Positions 61,218 to 64,000 of a stretch of DNA of 64,000 nt are shown in pieces. Within the stretch, counting starts at the first letter, position 1. Each line of letters opens with the position of its first letter. The notes beneath the pieces were generated by a model. That model saw only the letters and a list, made by a program, of their open reading frames with translations, did no database searches and was not told the origin of the DNA. A program made the position numbers and the translations under genes. The stretch lies in NCBI GenBank assembly GCA_000708835.1, contig DF237184.1, positions 62,001 through 126,000 of the forward strand. The letters are read 5' to 3'. The DNA comes from Klebsormidium nitens (lineage: Eukaryota > Plantae > Klebsormidiophyceae).

Positions 61218-62892
61218 ATGGCTTCTTCATCTGGGATGGCCGCCCCTTCGTCGAGCCAGAGTGCAGAGCGGAAAGCGACGCCATCTGGCATTGAGACTCG
61301 AGAGGAGTTGTCTGGCTCTGAGAAGCTGCAGAAGGTAGGGTTTCTGCACCTGAAGACGAGGGTTTTGATCTGCAAGATGGAGCCGCTTGTCCTCTTGAGA
61401 TAAAAATGATGGTCCAGGGGGGTCCTTTCTTGCAGGTAGTCTGTTTGAGATTGATGTTCTACTTTCACAAGTGCACACTCGCTTGCTTATCTCATTATGG
61501 TCTACAGCGTCTTGATGTTGACTGAATGACTCTCAAAAGACGCAGGGTTGCATGTTCTCACCGTGTTCCTTGCGTCAAGCTGGCATTGTACGTTTTACAG
61601 TACATACGGTCTTTCATTGCATACAGTGATTCTTGCCGGCTGCTTTGCCAGGTTGTTGCTTAGGCCAGGGTTGTCTTCCATCAGCATGTGTGCACATGTA
61701 GACTATCGTCATGAAACGTATGAGGAAAAGTGGTAAAAGGCTGATAGGCTTCAGTAGTTCGTCTTGTGCCTAAAACCCTGTTTTCCGCAGCACGTACCAT
61801 ACCCTGAGATGAAATTGCATCAGATTATGTTGCTTGGATTGGTTACTTCGTATGGGCAGCCTGTCTACAGTCACGTCTGGCATAAGGCTAATCTGCTAAT
61901 TGGGAGAAGGGGCTGCCAACTCATCCGGCGAATTGCTGTCAGTGTACCATCTCGGCAGCGGAAGGTTCTTCTTGGTGACGTGTCCAGTCGTGGACACAAG
62001 TAATGACCAAGTGGCGTTTAAGTCGGGACTCCCACCACTTTGTTGATCTTTCGATCGTGTCTTTTTTCTGCCTTTTGGAGTTGTTGAGTGGCTGAAAGTA
62101 TCAAGCACACCACAAATTCCTGTTGCAGGCCAGCATCTTCTTGTCGGATAAGAGGTCCGAGTACTTGAGAGAGTTGAAGGCACTGGTTGCGGATCCTGGG
62201 AATCGTGACTCGGACGAGAAGGTTACGGTAGGTCACTTGTCGATGGAGGCACGATCAAGCAGAAGCTGCTGCTTGAGGAACGCGCAGTGTTGTTCGAGGG
62301 ACGTTCTGGATCTCGGGGGGGTAGGTTCTGTCTATTTTTTGTCTTGCCAGACGAATAAAGAAGGGAGCTTGTCTGTCCACTGTTTTTACGGGAAGGAGCG
62401 GCACTTGCTTTTCTAAGACTATTTGGAGAATAAAACTTGATTCTCCATGTTCATGTGCAGCACTTCTACAGGCTGATTGAGGAGCTGGCGTGGGTGGACC
62501 AGGATCAGGCATTTGACATCTACATGCAGTGGTGTCTGCAGAATCCAAATATCCGTCAGCAGAAGCTTGTGAGCGCCTCCTAAACTCGACGCTTCTGTGC
62601 ACCTACTGGTATAGTCTCACTCCTCGGATAGCATCATATGCTGAAGACTGCCAAGCTTTAATGCCTATGATTGTGCTTGGTCTGCTGCCGCTTGATCGCT
62701 CTGGCGCTTGGAGGCTAGTCCCGTAGCACTTTACGCAATCCCCTTCTTCTCATTTCGTCTTGGCTAGGTCATATTTACGCCATGTAACGCTTTTTTGATC
62801 AGCCGCCTGTGGAGAAACTCAAGCACAACTTCGGCGAGGTGGCGGAACGTGTGCGGAGAAGGAACCAACCGCTTGAGTGGTCTGAGCGAATG
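61218..62892 (+). CDS. Hypothetical protein, 3'-incomplete
   Basis: Four phase-0 GT-AG exons (61218-61334, 62129-62227, 62461-62568, 62803-62892) join into an open frame: MASSSGMAAP...KLQK|ASIFLSDKRSEYLRELKALVADP...KVT|HFYRLIEELAWVDQDQAFDIYMQWCLQNPNIRQQKL|PPVEKLKHNFGEVAERVRRRNQPLEWSERM. Confidence 0.7.
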
Positions 62893-62999
62893 GTGAGTTG
62901 ATACCTAGAGGAGCCCTACTATTTCAGGCGGCTCCTTATGCACTGGCAGTTTGTTTGCATCCTTGGTAGAGAGGCAGACCTTTCGACTTTGGAAAATTG

Positions 63000-63081
63000 T
63001 TTACTGTGGGTGCATTTAACCTGAACATCTCTTGACACGGTTTACTGTGGGCGCATGTAACCTGAACATCTCTTGACACGG
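63000..63081. repeat. 41-bp tandem duplication with 2 mismatches, likely intronic
   Basis: tttactgtgggtgcatttaacctgaacatctcttgacacgg followed by tttactgtgggcgcatgtaacctgaacatctcttgacacgg. Confidence 0.9.
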
Positions 63082-64000
63082 TAATGAAAGCAAGCTGCCA
63101 AGGTTTCCTGGAGCAACTTCCTGAAATGCATTCGTTTGCGGATATGCTTGCAGTTTGCCCTGACACCCAAGTCAGTACTCTTCCCCGGGTGCTGCTAGCT
63201 GTCTGGGCTCATCACACATCATCGTATGTCACGGGACTGAGGGACGTTAGATTGCAGCCTATTAGCAGAGCATTACTCGTCTCTTATCTCCTTTATTCGT
63301 TTATAAATTCTGAATGCGAAAAACACTCAACTGTTCTTTCCATTTGTGCGGTAGTTGGACGTTATGGTCTGGCTCTCAGGGGTTTCAAGGGAGGAGTCAA
63401 TAAGAGTTTCCCTGTGGAAGACAGGACTCGTCTTGTCTTCCTCGTTCGCTTCAAATGGATTTTCACGAGCTACGTGTACATTTGGGTAGATCACCTGTTA
63501 CCGATGAGGGTCCCTCTAAGCACCTTGTACAGCAATTGCGCAAGCAACCACTCCTCTAATGTATGTCGGTGAATAGCTGATGTTTAGAGTTCGAGTGTTT
63601 TCCGGAAACTTGCAAACGGTGGCAATCAGTCTTTGCAAAATCAGGGCTCCATGTTTTGATCCGTAGACTGTATGAGTTTACTTTTGCAGCTTACTGAGCT
63701 ATGTATTCTGTCATATCGCAACGAAGTAGATGATCACCACGCAGCAGCCCAGTCCTCGTCTTTTACTACAACCCAACAAATGAAGCAGTTATTGACTTGC
63801 AAAAACCATCGTAGTCGGAGTTTGATGAGGTTCTGCAAGTTGTTTCAAGCCCACATGGCAGTCTCTAGCCAAGTGACTCAAAAACGCGCCAGGTGCGCCA
63901 AGTGACTTAGAGACACGGATCCTCAAGTTGTCGAGTATAACTAAGAAGACTCCTTCTCTTAGCTTGAATACTTTTCTCATCATGTTGACGTCGGTCATCT

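Noticed and set aside
1-64000. tRNA, rRNA or snoRNA genes
   Set aside because: No cloverleaf or rRNA-like segment recognised by eye; tRNAscan-SE or Infernal would be needed to exclude small ncRNAs.

Overview
Eukaryotic nuclear DNA with GC-rich exons and GT-AG introns. The gene set (RRP6L3, GEM-like GRAM protein, plant TauE/SafE, phytyl-ester-synthase-like acyltransferase, PBS1-like RLCK-VII kinase, plastid DUF4079, pICln, P5A-ATPase) points to a streptophyte; the exon GC bias suggests a Klebsormidium-like charophyte alga (inference). I reconstructed nine complete genes and two partial ones by hand. Between them lie a 5'-truncated, poly(A)-tailed retro-insertion with a 17-bp target-site duplication, a TTAA-flanked piggyBac-like MITE, a TA-flanked MITE and further inverted repeats. 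The most unusual signal recurs across the window: introns of four unrelated genes carry decayed tandem copies of the adjacent splice junction plus exon end (pseudo-exons with decoy splice sites), mostly spaced about 115-175 bp apart. Also notable: the retro-insertion ORF carries two EAR-like DLN motifs and a basic C-terminus; RRP6L3 has an EXD2-like membrane anchor and C-terminal domain; the PBS1-like kinase lacks Gly2 and has a tail of about 560 aa with 9-aa SP repeats.
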